From: Ostrea edulis
Taxonomy: Eukaryota
Reading direction: 5' to 3'
DNA: 64,000 nt
Assembly (NCBI RefSeq): GCF_947568905.1
Contig: NC_079165.1
Span: forward strand, 46,562,001 to 46,626,000
Under the pieces are notes generated by a model. The model did no database searches, was not told the DNA's origin, and was given only the letters and a program-made list of their open reading frames with translations. How positions within the stretch are numbered: position 1 is the first letter of the stretch; each line of letters begins with the position of its first letter. A program made the translations under genes and the position numbers. Shown piece by piece: positions 63,401-64,000 of the stretch.

Positions 63401-63788
63401 ACAAATGTATAATGCACAATTCAAGTATGACTTAAACAATTTATTATGTAAAAGTGAAACTGAAATTAAGTACTTTAGAATTCTTTTCTTTCTAATTTAC
63501 TTTTCAAAGTTTCTGGTTTGATTTATGCTTTACATTAAATTATCAGTCATTTTGACAGTGTGTTTACATTAATTATTTATGAATACAATACCTCGAGGTT
63601 TGTTTCTTTGATAGATCTGGTTGTTGTTGTCTCAGTACTTCTTGTTTAAATAAAATTTCTCTATCAGTTTTTCCAATTTTTCTCAGTGGTTTCAACTTTC
63701 CACTAGGCGGTCCCTTGGGAGCAGGAACTGCATATCCTTGTCTGCTCCCACTAGCGGACTTGGTAATGGGCGGCAGGGTGGCCGCCAT
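56308..63788 (-). CDS. TTC29: Tetratricopeptide repeat protein 29, 9 coding exons, 491 aa
   Basis: Exons (minus strand): 63592-63788, 63159-63382, 62632-62817, 61944-62156, 61418-61503, 59975-60066, 59663-59786, 56923-57157, 56308-56426 (1476 nt, phase-consistent). LCLDMLQDGYHKSFSELFAL is recognisable as TTC29; TPR-like helices; acidic tail. An acceptor at 63806 suggests a 5' UTR exon further upstream. Confidence 0.9.
58371..59393 (+). mobile_element. Pearl/HINE-like non-autonomous element in TTC29 intron 7
   Basis: 5' ACAAGAGG; internal 120-160 bp tandem units (TTTTGACCTTGAGGTCAAAG..TCAAGGTCAT); (GGAC)n(AGAC)n microsatellite; 3' palindrome CCCCC-AGAACTTCGTTC-GGGGG then TATAA. The last unit is split by a ~180-bp insertion at ~58980-59155. 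Confidence 0.78.
60239..60350. repeat. 23-bp minisatellite, ~5 copies
   Basis: Unit ATTGAACACAGAGAGAATAAAAC. Confidence 0.9.
62200..62530 (-). mobile_element. Penelope-like 3' fragment with terminal repeat in TTC29 intron 3
   Basis: Same family as 44045-44580 and the 3' part of 41470-42680 (e.g. CAACCTATCATTGGGTCAAAT). Confidence 0.75.
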
Positions 63789-64000
63789 TATGGATATTAC
63801 ATTTACTGAAATAAAAATGCAATTACAACACAGATATGTATATTTTTTACGCAATAGCCTATTGGTTAGCGCGAATTAGCCGATGTTCCCAGTTTACACA
63901 GTCTGTGTACCATTCCAAATAAATTCAATAATACAGTTGGAATATATTCATTGATACAATTCAAATCCTCCTATCAGATCAAATATTGATTTACCCATTA

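Noticed and set aside
1-64000. tRNA or rRNA genes
   Set aside because: No cloverleaf or rRNA-like segment was recognised by eye; tRNAscan-SE would be needed to exclude them, especially in the SINE-like repeats.

Overview
AT-rich, repeat-laden invertebrate genomic DNA, most likely a bivalve and probably an oyster (inferred from repeat families and protein divergence). I assembled four protein-coding genes by hand from GT-AG, phase-consistent exons. (1) SREBP on the minus strand (16 coding exons, 331-6966, about 1099 aa), with miR-33 in a distal intron and an SRE plus CCAAT promoter. (2) A compact canonical SQSTM1/p62 on the plus strand (47666-52282, 431 aa). (3) TTC29 on the minus strand (56308-63788, 491 aa). 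(4) The main discovery: a second, strongly diverged SQSTM1/p62 paralog on the minus strand, spread over about 28 kb (15235-43110) and head-to-head with canonical p62. It keeps PB1, LIR and UBA, has lost the ZZ zinc finger except one CxxC, has two extra exons, and retains the Ser403-equivalent phosphosite that the canonical copy lacks. Its last intron holds a 7-kb 50-bp satellite with higher-order structure, made of splice-acceptor-like units, and a 2.15-kb foldback with a near-perfect central hairpin. The intergenic and intronic space also holds a decayed mariner, Penelope-like RT remnants, Kolobok-like and other MITEs, HINE/pearl-like elements, two further long hairpins and several minisatellites. 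All gene models are predictions from sequence alone.
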